Origin: Octopus sinensis
Taxonomy: Eukaryota
Assembly: GCF_006345805.1 (NCBI RefSeq)
Contig: NC_043010.1
Coordinates: forward strand, 24,242,001 to 24,306,000
Direction: 5' to 3'
DNA length: 64,000 nucleotides
Shown here in pieces: positions 49,401 to 62,655 of the stretch. Position 1 is the stretch's first letter. Each line of letters begins with the position of its first letter. The notes under the pieces were generated by a model, which searched no databases, was not told the DNA's origin, and worked only from the letters and a program-made list of their open reading frames with translations. The position numbers and the translations under genes are program-made.

Positions 49401-50853
49401 CTCCTTTTCCTTCACATATATATATATATCCACAGGAAGGACTGGACTTCACAAATACTCTGTTACTTTGCAGCCAGAAAAGAATAAAAAGGCTTTTAAC
49501 GTTTCGGATTTTAGTTCTCCAACAGAGCGGAAAGACATAGAGAGATGAGAAAGAAGAAAAGTCGGTTTCAGATACATGTATGAATGTGTGTATATGTATG
49601 GAAATAGCTATACATATATATTTCCATACATATCTATACACACATATATATGTATATATATACACGTTTATATATATATACATATTTGGTATACATATGC
49701 GTTTGTATGTTTGTGTACGTGTATGTGTATGCATGTGTACACATATGTATCTACATGCATACAGTTATTGTCTTTATATGTAATATGTGTGAGAGACTCG
49801 AGCAAACAACTAATTTTTTTTCCAGTCTTGTAGTTCTCTATTGACCAAGATAATCAATATGAATATGATGCGGATGAAATACAGGTTAAATGTGCATGTA
49901 TTATTTCATTAAAAATATATGTTTGCCTTGAATCACAGTTAGAAATTGTTTTTGAAGTAATCTCTGTCTTTCATAAGCTACGTTCGGAAACGTAGATTCC
50001 TCTTCCGGAAGTAGTGGCCATTGGTTTCAATTTGAAGACTAAACCCCACTTACGAAGTTGGTTGCTTTTAGTCTAAACTTCAAACACCTACTTGCAGCTA
50101 CCGCTAGCTTCAATACGATTTGCGGCCAAGCGGAATATATCCCTTTCATTTTAGGAGCTGTATTACTGTATGTTACTGATAATTAATTATTCGTAACATC
50201 AAAGGCCTACACTATACTTCTACCTCATAAATTGCTCTCAGAGAGGAAATATTTTAAATGGTTGCTGTTGATAACGGTAAGTTTTAACCCAACTCATCTA
50301 CCAACCAATGCTATCTCCGTACTAATGGTTAACTCTATCTGAAAAGAAGTAAAACAACGAAAATGTGTTACTATGAAAGAGAAGTTATAAATATTCCTGA
50401 AATAAAGTAATTTTCTGAGCTTATATGATTACCATTTATTAATTTTACTAGTTTTAGTCATATGTTTGTGGTCAGGCTGGAGCATTACTTGAAAAGGCTT
50501 TGTTTTGTTTTTTGCTGCTTTCTTTTTTGCTTTTGTTTTTGTATTGTTTTTTGTTTTTATTTTGGGGGGTATTTTGGGTTTTTTTTTTATTTGAAAATGT
50601 CGATGAGCAAATTTTGTTTGCTACTTAGGTTTTAGGGAGAAAGACAAATTGGAACCGAAGAAACGGTTACAAAAGCAAAGATCAGGAGGTTTATGTTTTT
50701 TTTTTTTTTGGTTGTTATATTTTTTAGAAAATTATACCCAACATTTCATCCAGTTTATGTGCGTATTTGAGTGTAGACATGTATGAAAGTATGTACAAAT
50801 ATATATATATAATATATTATATATAATAATTATATATATATATATATAATATA

Positions 50854-52117
<1,264 letters not shown>

Positions 52118-52483
52118 TTATATTTATATGCATATTCCCAATATAGGTTAGTTGAGATACGTTTGTCAGATATTTCAACTGCTATGTGACAGACACGTTT
52201 AAGCTAACCTAAATTGTGATTATACGTAAACACTGCTTTGCGCCATTAATTCGTTATACTCTCACACATACACACACATACACACACACACACACGCACA
52301 TATATATATGTATACTATTCCAAGGAGTATGAACATTTCTAAAAGACAGCTATGCCCAGCCATTTGCAATGAATAGTTCTGAAAGATAACTGAGAGTGAA
52401 TAATATATATACGTATGTTTGTGGGTGTATATGTGTATATGTGTCTATGTGTATTTATGTATGTATATGTGTATATATATGCA

Positions 52484-52518
<35 letters not shown>

Positions 52519-52791
52519 ATATATATATAAATAAACTGAGAAATGTGTGTGTGTCTGTTTGTCTATCTATCTGTCTGTGTGCATCACTACAACTCAAGAA
52601 CTGCCCAACCGATTCCATTCAAATTTTACACGTACCTTACATAGGAGTCAATGCAGTTACCTCTTGCATTATTTCAAAATTACGTGTCAAATGTGTAACA
52701 TACATACATGCATACACACACATATATGCATGCATGCATACATACATACATACATACATACATACATACATACATCATACATACACATACA

Positions 52792-52824
<33 letters not shown>

Positions 52825-53954
52825 TTTGTAATTCACAAACTTGTGTCTCAGAACGCCTACTAAACAGATTTAGGCTCCTGTAAAAATGGAATAGCTTTGC
52901 CAAAGAAATCCCGCTTATTTGGGTATGTCTTCACATCCTGCTTGTGCCTTGCCGTATAACTTGAATGTTGGAATTCGATTTTTTCCTCTGCACCTCCATG
53001 TAGACTCTGCCGAAATCAAGACTTGAGAGAATAAGAGGTAGATCCCTTATAATTCCTTGCAATACCGTTCAGCCATGCCAAATTGATGGATTTCGATAGC
53101 TAAATTTTGGCTTGTATGCTGTGGCTCTCGGTATATCTCTCGACGGTTGTGGTCTGTGAAAACGGCAGCAATGTTATATGAAGCGCTTGTGAACATTTCG
53201 TCAATAATCGCGTTGTAGAATTTGTCGTATTTGTTCGTAGGCAGGAGAGTTTAAGACAATAGATATAAAACATTCCTGGCAATATCGGTGTTTCCATTCA
53301 TGTTAGGGTACGAATTAAGGTAGATTATATTCCCTTTTTAGCTTTTATCATACTAGCGCTGCGCTTCCTGTCTGTTAGCTTCTAGGGTACAGTTACTTCT
53401 TGCTTACGAATCTTAATAATATAGTATAGCATTATTACATACGGGGATGTCTGCGAATGAATATCTCTGGTCTGTTGCATACATTATCAGCTGACCATAC
53501 TTTATAAAACAAAATAGGTTTGCCTGGTGCTTCGTTGCTACACCACTTCTTTCAATGATTGCTGTTTGAAATAGCAGAAGAGGTAGAACGCAGGTGAGTA
53601 AAGGAGTAGAGCTCTAGTTAGCAAGGGAAGGAATTCCCTTAATATGCATATATGATGCATGTTTGTTTTGCAAAATAGTGGTTTTGTCTCGAATTAATAT
53701 TATATAATATTTTACTATAAAATTGGATTTAATCCTAAATCTGATTTTTCCCTATAAATTTGGATTTATTCCCTAATATTTATTATTATTATATATATAT
53801 ACATGATATATATATTTAAATAACATCACACAGACGCATATATATGCATGTATGTGTATATGTAGATATATATATATATGTGTAGATATATACTGTATAT
53901 GTATACGTATGTGTATATGTATATATATGTACATGTATATACATACATACATAA

Positions 53955-53989
<35 letters not shown>

Positions 53990-54718
53990 TACACTTTATA
54001 TATTATATAACCGCATTTATATAAATATATACATATTTATATGCATGTATATATATATATATAATATATATTATTATATATATATATAATACATTATATA
54101 TGGTATGCATATAGATGTGTGTGTGTATCTATGTGTGTGAGAGTGTATGCATATGTGAGCGTATTGAGGCATGTGTGTCCTACTGGAGGAAACCAACACA
54201 TTCTTAGGAGAATAACTACTTCAATTTCATCATAGACGTAATGTATGAGACTTCTTATCTTAGTTTGCACCAATCAGACATTTTGCCTTGGAAACACAAC
54301 TCTCGTGTAAGTAATAATGTTATATTGTCCATCGGATATAATAATAAGCAGAACCGAATGTAGTCACCTTAGCACTTTGGTAAATTAAGAAATGATCGAA
54401 AATAAATAAAAGGAATATTTGTTTTTCTTTGGACTGGTTCTGGATAAATAGTATTTGAGCCTGAGGTGTGTTACTCTACCAGACAAACTTCAATGGAATT
54501 TTGGCGGTTCTTTTTAATATAGCTTCTTGAAAACGAGGCTTAACAGACAGAAAAACAAGCTGGCAGAGGTGTGTAAACGCATGCTTATGAACATAGAGTT
54601 GTGTGCATGAGATAACGTGTGTGTGTGAGTATGTGCGTGTTTGTATTCAGATGTGTATGCACATTAATACCTTCATAGATATTTATCTACTGTCTCTCTG
54701 TTTCTGTCTGTCTGTCTC

Positions 54719-54773
<55 letters not shown>

Positions 54774-55415
54774 ATATATATATATATATGCGTGAGAGCG
54801 TGCGCGCGTTTGTGTATCTATGTCCATGAATATTTATATTCATGTGTAAAATATATTCAGGCATATATATATATATATATGTGTGTATATATACATATAT
54901 ACATACATAAGGATGCTCACGTATATAGATATATATATATAACATAGCTAAATGCGTGAGTCTAAGGGTGATCGTGAGTGTGCCTGTTTATGTGTATGCG
55001 TGTGCGTGCACGTATGTGTGTGTATGCCCGCGCGCGCGGGCGTTCGTGTGCGTGTGCTATCGAGGGTACGATATGTATTTGTGATCTAATAGTTTATGAT
55101 TCAATATCCAATGAAAGATTGAAGCGGAATAAATGTAAACATACCCCGCAGACAAAGCATTCACGCAACTTTATTGGATTATGCAAGAACGTAGCGCTGC
55201 GAATGAGGCGGGAGTGGCGATTCTGGGGGTTCGGGAGGTGCAGAGGGGGAAAATAAGAAGAAATATCAACGCCAACATAGTTATTGAATCACGAGTCAGT
55301 TACTTGTAGCTTGCTTTGAATTTCTATAGGTGTTTAGGAAGAAGTCGAACAGTCTTAGTAGGCAGGAAATTTATTTAAAAGCGAAGCTCTGATAAAACAT
55401 TGCAGAGGGCTTCTC

Positions 55416-55510
<95 letters not shown>

Positions 55511-55512
55511 TA

Positions 55513-55555
<43 letters not shown>

Positions 55556-55558
<3 letters not shown>

Positions 55559-56306
55559 TAGCTTTATTTTTATAGCGTGCTTTCACTTCACTACCGAGCA
55601 CAGCTCTGTGTGCCTTGGGTATGTGCTGTGATTTGTTGTGATGCTCTGATGGTTATTGTATGGAAAGTGTTCTGCGTAGGATGTGTGCAGTGCCTAGTAG
55701 TGCAATTTTCTGTATGTTATATGTGTTTGTAAGTCCTGGTGTTTTTGTTATGTATTTGTCTGAATATTTTTTAATCATGCCTAATGCACCTACTATGATA
55801 GGAATTGTTTCTGTTTTCAGATTCCACATTCTATTTACCTCTATTTCCAGTCTTTGTATTTTGAGAGTTTCTCCATTTCTTTTAGAGACAAGTTGTCATC
55901 AGCCGGTATTGATACATCAATTAGAAAGCATTTTTTTTCTTCATGATCTCTGACAACTATATCTGGTCTGTTGGCCTTAATTTCTCTATCTGTGTGTATC
56001 GGCATATCCCAGAGTATGGTTGCTTTCTCGTTTTCCGTGACCTTTTCTGGTGTGTGCCCTATACCATCTTTTTTCTGTTGTTATCCATAATGTTGGCATA
56101 GCTTCCAATGTATGTAGGTTCCAACTCTGTCATGTCTGTGAATATATTCCTTCTTAGCCAAGACTGGGCAGCTAGAGATAATATGATTTATTGTTTCTTG
56201 TCCATCTCCACATATTCTGCAGTTACTTGTAATATTTCTTTTCATTACATGTTTTTGATAATTTCTGGTGGGGAGGCTTTGGTCTTGTGCTGCAATTAAA
56301 AATCCC

Positions 56307-56307
<1 letters not shown>
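55556..56307 (-). mobile_element. 5'-truncated Dong/R4-clade non-LTR retrotransposon in (TAA)n
   Basis: My minus-strand translation: AAQDQSLPTRNYQK...CRICG..QETINHIISSCPVLAKKEYIHRHD...ANRPDIVV...LIDVSIP (CCHC plus PD-(D/E)xK nuclease); (ATT)n on both sides. Confidence 0.9.
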
Positions 56308-56365
<58 letters not shown>

Positions 56366-56599
56366 TTGTTTTTATTATTGAGAGAAAGAACTAATAACGT
56401 CGATTCTATTACATATCATATAATATTCAGAAATAAAAAATAGAATAATGAAAACATAGAGAGAGGGGGAGAAATATAATGTAATAAATAAGTCAATCGA
56501 TAAATAAATAATATATAAGAATATAAAAAAAATATAAAGCTTAATATTTTATTGATTCTGTAACGTTGCCATAATCTTCATGAAGTCTACCAATTAATA

Positions 56600-58488
56600 T
56601 ATATATATAACAAAAATGATTGGAGGCATTCGGAAACATACGAACTTTTCTTACGTAATTGCTTACTATAATAATTGGATTTTTTTAGTTTTCTTGTTTT
56701 TTTTTTGTTTGATTTTTTTAAAATTAATATTTTTATTAGTCAAAATACAAAAATATAAAGCATTCAAAATTATAGAATGTTTTGTTGGGTAGCTTCGTGC
56801 AACTATTACAAAGGAGAGAATAAAAGGCGGCGAACTGGCAGAAACGTTAGCGCGCCGGGCGAAATGCGTAGCCGTATCTCGTCTGCGGTTACGTTCTGAG
56901 TTCAAATTCCGCCGAGGTTGACTTTGCCTTTCATCCTTTCGGGGTCGATAAATTAAGTACCAGTTGCGCACTGGGGTTGATGTAATCGACTTAGTCCGTT
57001 TGTCTGTCCTTGTTTGTCCCCTTGTGGGCAGTAAAGAAATATATTACAAAGGAGAGAAACCTAGGTCAAACTTGTTTCATCCAGTTTCTATTTCTTTGTG
57101 GGTGGGGTTGTTGTTTTTTGTTGGTGTTTTGGATTTCTCTTTTATTATATTTTAGAATTCCAGGCGCATTCGCTACGAAACACAGAGCGGTTTCTTCCCC
57201 TTACGTCCTATGAACAGAGTTACTTCGTTCGTTAACGCTTTAGTATTCAGTGTCGTTTTTATTTCCTCACATTGTCTTGAACTAAGTACACCTTTTCTGA
57301 AGCTTCAGGATTTTGATGTTGTGACTGTTTATTTTTAGAATGACATTGTTGGATAGCCATGAGAGGCTGCATCTGGCCTATCTGAACATAAAACGAATAT
57401 TTGTTAAATATTGATAAATGGTCCGGGTTCATTCCACTGCGTGGTACTGGGCAAGTGTCTCTTTACTATAGCCTCGGGCCGACCAAAGCCTTGTGAGTGG
57501 ATTTGGTAGACAGAAACCGAAAGAAGCTGTCGTCGTATATGTTATATATATATATAACAAAAATGATTGGAGGCATTCGGAAACATACGAACTTTTCTTA
57601 CGTAATTGCTTACTATAATAATTGGATTTTTTTAGTTTTCTTGTTTTTTTTTGTTTGATTTTTTAAAATTAATATTTTTTATTAGTCAAAATACAAAAAT
57701 ATAAAGCATTCAAAATTATAGAATGTTTTGTTGGGTAGCTTCGTGCAACTATTACAAAGGAGAGAATAAAAGGCGGCGAACTGGCAGAAACGTTAGCGCG
57801 CCGGGCGAAATGCGTAGCCGTATCTCGTCTGCGGTTACGTTCTGAGTTCAAATTCCGCCGAGGTTGACTTTGCCTTTCATCCTTTCGGGGTCGATAAATT
57901 AAGTACCAGTTGCGCACTGGGGTTGATGTAATCGACTTAGTCCGTTTGTCTGTCCTTTTTGTCCCTTGTGGGCAGTAAAGAATATATTACAAAGGAGAGA
58001 AACCTAGGTCAAACTTGTTTCATCCAGTTTCTATTTCTTTGTGGGTGGGGTTGTTGTTTTTTGTTGGTGTTTTGGATTTCTCTTTTATTATATTTTAGAA
58101 TTCCAGGCGCATTCGCTACGAAACACAGAGCGGTTTCTTCCCCTTACGTCCTATGAACAGAGTTACTTCGTTCGTTAACGCTTTAGTATTCAGTGTCGTT
58201 TTTATTTCCTCACATTGTCTTGAACTAAGTACACCTTTTCTTGAAGCTTCAGGATTTTGATGTTGTGACTGTTTATTTTTAGAATGACATTGTTGGATAG
58301 CCATGAGAGGCTGCATCTGGCCTATCTGAACATAAAAACGAATATTTGTTAAATATTGATAAATGGTCCGGGTTCATTCCCACTGCGTGGTACCTGGGGC
58401 AAGTGTCTTTTACTATAGCCTCGGGCCGACCAAAGCCTTGTGAGTGGATTTGGTAGACAGAAACCGAAAGAAGCCTGTCGTATATATG

Positions 58489-58490
<2 letters not shown>
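56600..58490. repeat. ~947-bp near-identical tandem duplication
   Basis: caaaaatgattggaggc at 56611 and 57558; differences are mostly single-base indels. Confidence 0.9.
56825..57020 (+). mobile_element. tRNA-derived SINE (duplicated at 57770-57965)
   Basis: ggcggcgaactggcagaaacgttagcgcgcc...gagttcaaattccgccgagg. Confidence 0.85.
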
Positions 58491-58578
<88 letters not shown>

Positions 58579-58790
58579 TATGTCTGTGTTTGTCCCTCCC
58601 ACCACCAACATCGCTTGACAACCGATGCTGCTGTGTTTACGTCCCCGTAACTTAGCGGTTCGGCGAAAGACACCGATTGAATAAGTACTAGGCTTACAAA
58701 GAATAAGTCCTGGCGTCGATTTGCTCGACTAAAGGCGGTACTCCAGCATTTTCGCCGTCAAATGACTGAAACAAGTAAAAGAGTAAGAGT
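58365..58790 (+). mobile_element. tRNA-derived SINE (its 5' part duplicated at 57420-57540)
   Basis: ccgggttcattcccactgcgtgg...gtgagtggatttggtagacag...(GT)n...gactaaaggcgg...gaaacaagtaaaagag. Confidence 0.85.
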
Positions 58791-58953
58791 AGTAAGCGAC
58801 ACTGCCTAAATAACTTTCTGTATATCTTATTAAACGTAAATATAGTATAGACGAATGCCGTACATAAGTGCGGCATTCGTCTCGAAAAAGATTCTCGTAT
58901 AGACGGGTAGGTCAAAAGCGTAGAAGAATATCATTAGCCGACGATAGTTCTCC

Positions 58954-59053
58954 NNNNNNNNNNNNNNNNNNNNNNNNNNNNNNNNNNNNNNNNNNNNNNN
59001 NNNNNNNNNNNNNNNNNNNNNNNNNNNNNNNNNNNNNNNNNNNNNNNNNNNNN
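58954..59053. other. Assembly gap (100 N)
   Basis: Run of N. Confidence 1.
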
Positions 59054-59065
59054 ATATATATATAT

Positions 59066-59100
<35 letters not shown>

Positions 59101-59101
<1 letters not shown>

Positions 59102-59692
59102 ACTTATAAATAAGGGCAAACGAAACATTTCTAATGCCGAATATGCCGAAATTGAACACATTTTCCATAACCATATAATTTTTCACAATACGCACGCTAC
59201 TCAAAAAAGGTCGACAGAAATTTCTAAAAAATTCCATTATTACTATATCGAACCGATTTCAGGATTAGTACATAAGAACCCTCCCGTCGTCAGTGATAAA
59301 TGTGGCATAGAAATAAATGAGATATTTACTAATACCCATGGAAGAAGCAAACACTAAGTCATGAGCACAACCAAGTACACCAAATACATCCAAAATACAT
59401 CCAAAATACATCCAAAATAGAAATTCTCCAACCCATTCCAACACGTGCGATTTGAACTGAGGCTCTCACGGAGTGATATTAAATGTGGAATAAAATTTTT
59501 TCGAAAACAATTTTATCAATGGCCAACATATTAAAAAATACCCTTAAAGGTTAAATCTATAAACAACTTATAAATAAGGGCAAACGAAAAAATTTTTAAT
59601 GCCAAATATATTGAAATTGAACACATTGTCCATAACCATATAATTTTTCACAATACGCACGCTACTCAAAAAAGGTCGACAGAAATTTCTAA
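59101..59692 (-). mobile_element. 464-bp unit (~1.3 copies) with hammerhead motif; retrozyme-like
   Basis: aacttataaataagggcaaacg at 59101 and 59565; (TA)n flanks; internal (CATCCAAAATA)3. Confidence 0.7.
59235..59302 (-). ncRNA. Hammerhead-like motif, partly degenerate
   Basis: catttatca-CTGACGA-C-GGGA...TCCT-GAAA-TCGgttCGA-TA|tagtaataatg. Confidence 0.55.
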
Positions 59693-59706
59693 TATATATA
59701 TATATA

Positions 59707-59772
<66 letters not shown>

Positions 59773-59956
59773 AAATGGATAAATGAATTATCTTGTTACG
59801 GATTATTCAAAGATAACCGATACCTGGGTAGCAAAAATCACAACAGAAAAATCACGGGGTCTCAAACCCGTGCCTTAGTGCGGAAATTTGAAGTTTATAT
59901 ATTTAGTGTAGGAAGAAATGGAGCTGAACGAAGATTTAACAAAATTCCTTTTTATT

Positions 59957-60042
59957 ATTTTCTACATATGTTTCAAAGGCTGCAAAGTCCCTAATTCGGA
60001 TTGAATAAGGAGACCATTTTTCAGCATTCTCTTCAGGAAAAT
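59957..60042 (-). ncRNA. Hammerhead ribozyme in PLE pseudo-LTR, intact
   Basis: ATTTTC-CTGAAGA-gaatgctg...cagccttt-GAAA-CATATG-TA|GAAAAT. Confidence 0.85.
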
Positions 60043-60626
60043 CCAGGAACTTAATTCTCCAACAAAATGCACATCAAACTTTTCGACAAATGCTCGCGAG
60101 GAGCCCATGGGATAAATGGCACAAAACTGTCTCTCAATATGCGTTGACGCCAGGCTGGGCGAAAGCCGACGAAAAAGTTCGTTGAGATAAATCAAGGTCA
60201 AAATCCGGCTAACAGGGGGGAGGGTTACAGGAAAATCAAAGAGTGAGAATGTATTCTGTATGACTGGTGTTAATATTCGAATTGTTATAAGAATGAGTGC
60301 TGTAGTGTTAGGGTGTGAGAAATTGCCTACATGTATGTGTGTGTGCGCCTATGTATGTGTGGCAGTGTGTTTAGAAGGCTGCAATGGAGAGAGATATAGC
60401 AGCTATTAATGGTCAAGCAGCTGAAAACAACTGTGTCTGTGTGTTCGTCTGTAACCAGTTGGTAGAGGGATGGAATGTCAACAATGGGAGGATACATTGA
60501 CATCCCTTAAAGCAGTTCTAGATAAGTAGCAGTTCTTACGCTAATAGGGGAGTGATTTCCCCTTACAAATTTAATTCAAATTTTTTTTCTTTTCTTAGGA
60601 AATCAAAGGGTTAACTATCTTAGACT

Positions 60627-62497
60627 TCATTGGAATGCAAGAAATGTGTGCCGCCTCCAGTGCGGGCATCTAAAAGAATTTTGCACAATCGAGTTCACAA
60701 GTTGCCCTCGGGCGAACAGAATATGAAATAGTTCCGAGTTGCAAAGATTACAGATTCTTTTGCCTCTATCAAACGGTAAAGACACCGATAAAATCGACCA
60801 TTCCAGTCTAAAGGTTGAATTCGCGTTCTTCAAACGCCAGACTAATTTACTTAGTCCAGTAGCGTGTTGCTTTCCAAAATCGCGAAACGTTGAGAAATGA
60901 TTCGATATTCTAACAGCCAATTTCGATGATGAAGCTCCGATATACATGTAGACATCTGAATCAGTATAAACTGTGCACTGGTAAATGGCGTTTCTAGTCT
61001 TGGAATTACTAGATACGAACCTTATTCTATTGGGGTTGGCTTCGGCTATTAATACGGCGTTCTTATTACTATGATGATTGTAAAAACTACGGCTGTCTTC
61101 GACATTATTAACCCCATTATCATTACTATTTAATGCAATATCGCCTGTATACTCCCTGCCACTGAAAACGCTGTGATTGCTAATGTCCGTGATACTACTG
61201 TTGTTAAAACCGCTGCTAATCTTGTTGTTGGGACTCCCTACATTAATGACTCGATCAGTGCTCTTATCCTTATTACCATTACTTACGTTAACGACGCTAC
61301 CATTGCTCTTATCCTTATTACTATTACTAACTCCAAGGCTGGCATGGAGGTTGTTAATATCTGTGCCAGTTCTATTATTATTATTACTGCGTGTTATGCT
61401 GGCATTAGACGGAGCTGAGTCTCCGTTCGTGGGCGAGAGGGTCTTATTTAGCATCTTATTGTTATGGTAGGCAATTATCTGTGAAAGATTTTTAGTATTG
61501 GAGAAGGCTATCCTAACTTTGTGCGAGTTTACAGTGGAGTAATATCTCGAATTTCTGGGAAAATTACTGGCAATGGCTTGGCGAAACTGCAGCGGTAGGT
61601 TAGATCTTATTTGTTTACCAAAGGGAATTACAAACCAAATATAGTTATTTCTGTTTTTGTACTGGCTCGGGGAGTCAACTCTAACATTAAGGTGGGTATT
61701 TCTGGGTTGAATAATGGGTTTTGGCCTGCTATGGCCTCCCCTGGACCGCAAATTATTTATGTTATCTATATTTATTCTAGTTGTACTTGTATCGACATTC
61801 CTCAGGCTACCTTCACTACTTATATTATTTATGTTATTGCAACTTGCCTTATCCTGATGACGGAATGCTGGCTTCGGACGGGCCGGATCTATATATACTA
61901 CCTTCTCCCTATAACCGGCTTTAGACAGGGCGGCATTATAAAATTCCGCTTTCTGTCTAAAAATGTCGACATTGGCAGACAAATTAGTTAATCTTTGAGA
62001 AATATTTTAAACCAAATTGTCTGTTATAGTTTTTGCGTGGTTAGAGAAAACACTGACATACTTTAAGTTAGTGGAAGGTTTGTAGTAGGGGCAGTAAGAA
62101 TCGCTATGGAGGTTTAGTGTGACATCTAAGAAATTAGCCTTAGTAAGTTCGTTATCAAAAACTATACTCATGCCCATCCTATTGAAGAACCTAGCTAATC
62201 TATTTTTAGTTTTCTGTACGATTCTGTTCGGGGTGTTCTGTAGGTAAAACAGACAATCGTCACGATATAGGCCACCACCGATGTCCGGGAATTGGTCGGA
62301 TAATTCATAGAGAATATAGATTCCGACCAAATCGGCAATCTGCGCGCTATCTGAACTACCCATAGGTATATCGAACTCGTTGGGAGTATCCTTACGAACC
62401 CATAACTTATCTTCAAACTGTATAAAGGATTTTCTGGCGACTAGAATTATATCAATTTCTTCTCTTGTGAGGCCTGCCTTATTATGTGCATGCCACA
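60627..62497 (-). pseudogene. PLE reverse transcriptase plus GIY-YIG endonuclease; one in-frame TAA at 62007-62009
   Basis: FDIPMGSSDSAQIADLVG, GLYRDD, NFLDVTLNL, YKP..NLKYV..FSNH, IWF; AIYQC..YMYIGASSSKLAVRISNH; CNLC...CPH. The 62007 and 60627 ORFs are in the same frame. Confidence 0.92.
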
Positions 62498-62611
62498 TAA
62501 TATATATATACCGGAGTAAACACATAAATGTGAAACAAGGTGAGAAAAAGAGTAATTCAAATACCAGACGTAGAGTAATATGCTTCATTTAAAGGCAGCA
62601 GAAATTTAACA

Positions 62612-62655
62612 AAAGCTGTTACTCGGAGTTTCACGTTCTCGTTCGTCGGATAGTT
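62612..62655 (-). ncRNA. Hammerhead-like motif with CCGA core
   Basis: aactat-CCGACGA-ACG agaa CGT-GAAA-CTCcGAG-TA|acagc; stem I weak. Confidence 0.4.

Larger units (their letters stand above)
59772..62497 (-). mobile_element. Hydra-type Penelope-like element, 5'-truncated within RT, with HHR-bearing 3' pseudo-LTR
   Basis: RT-thumb-linker-GIY-YIG ORF; pseudo-LTR 59772-60130 is homologous to 43803-44030 and 45595-45962; TA tracts at both ends. Confidence 0.9.

Noticed and set aside
50000-50100. Minus-strand GAAACCAATGG with long hairpin
   Set aside because: CUGANGA core and UH site are both lost; probably a decayed relative of the 26375 HHR.
52870-53300. Possible decayed PLE thumb/linker fragment
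   Set aside because: Only vague peptide resemblance (PAYEQIRQILQ...YRNPSI) across several stops.
53515-53600. Plus-strand CAG|GTGAGT donor at about 53593
   Set aside because: Weak upstream acceptor and stops in all frames; insufficient on its own.
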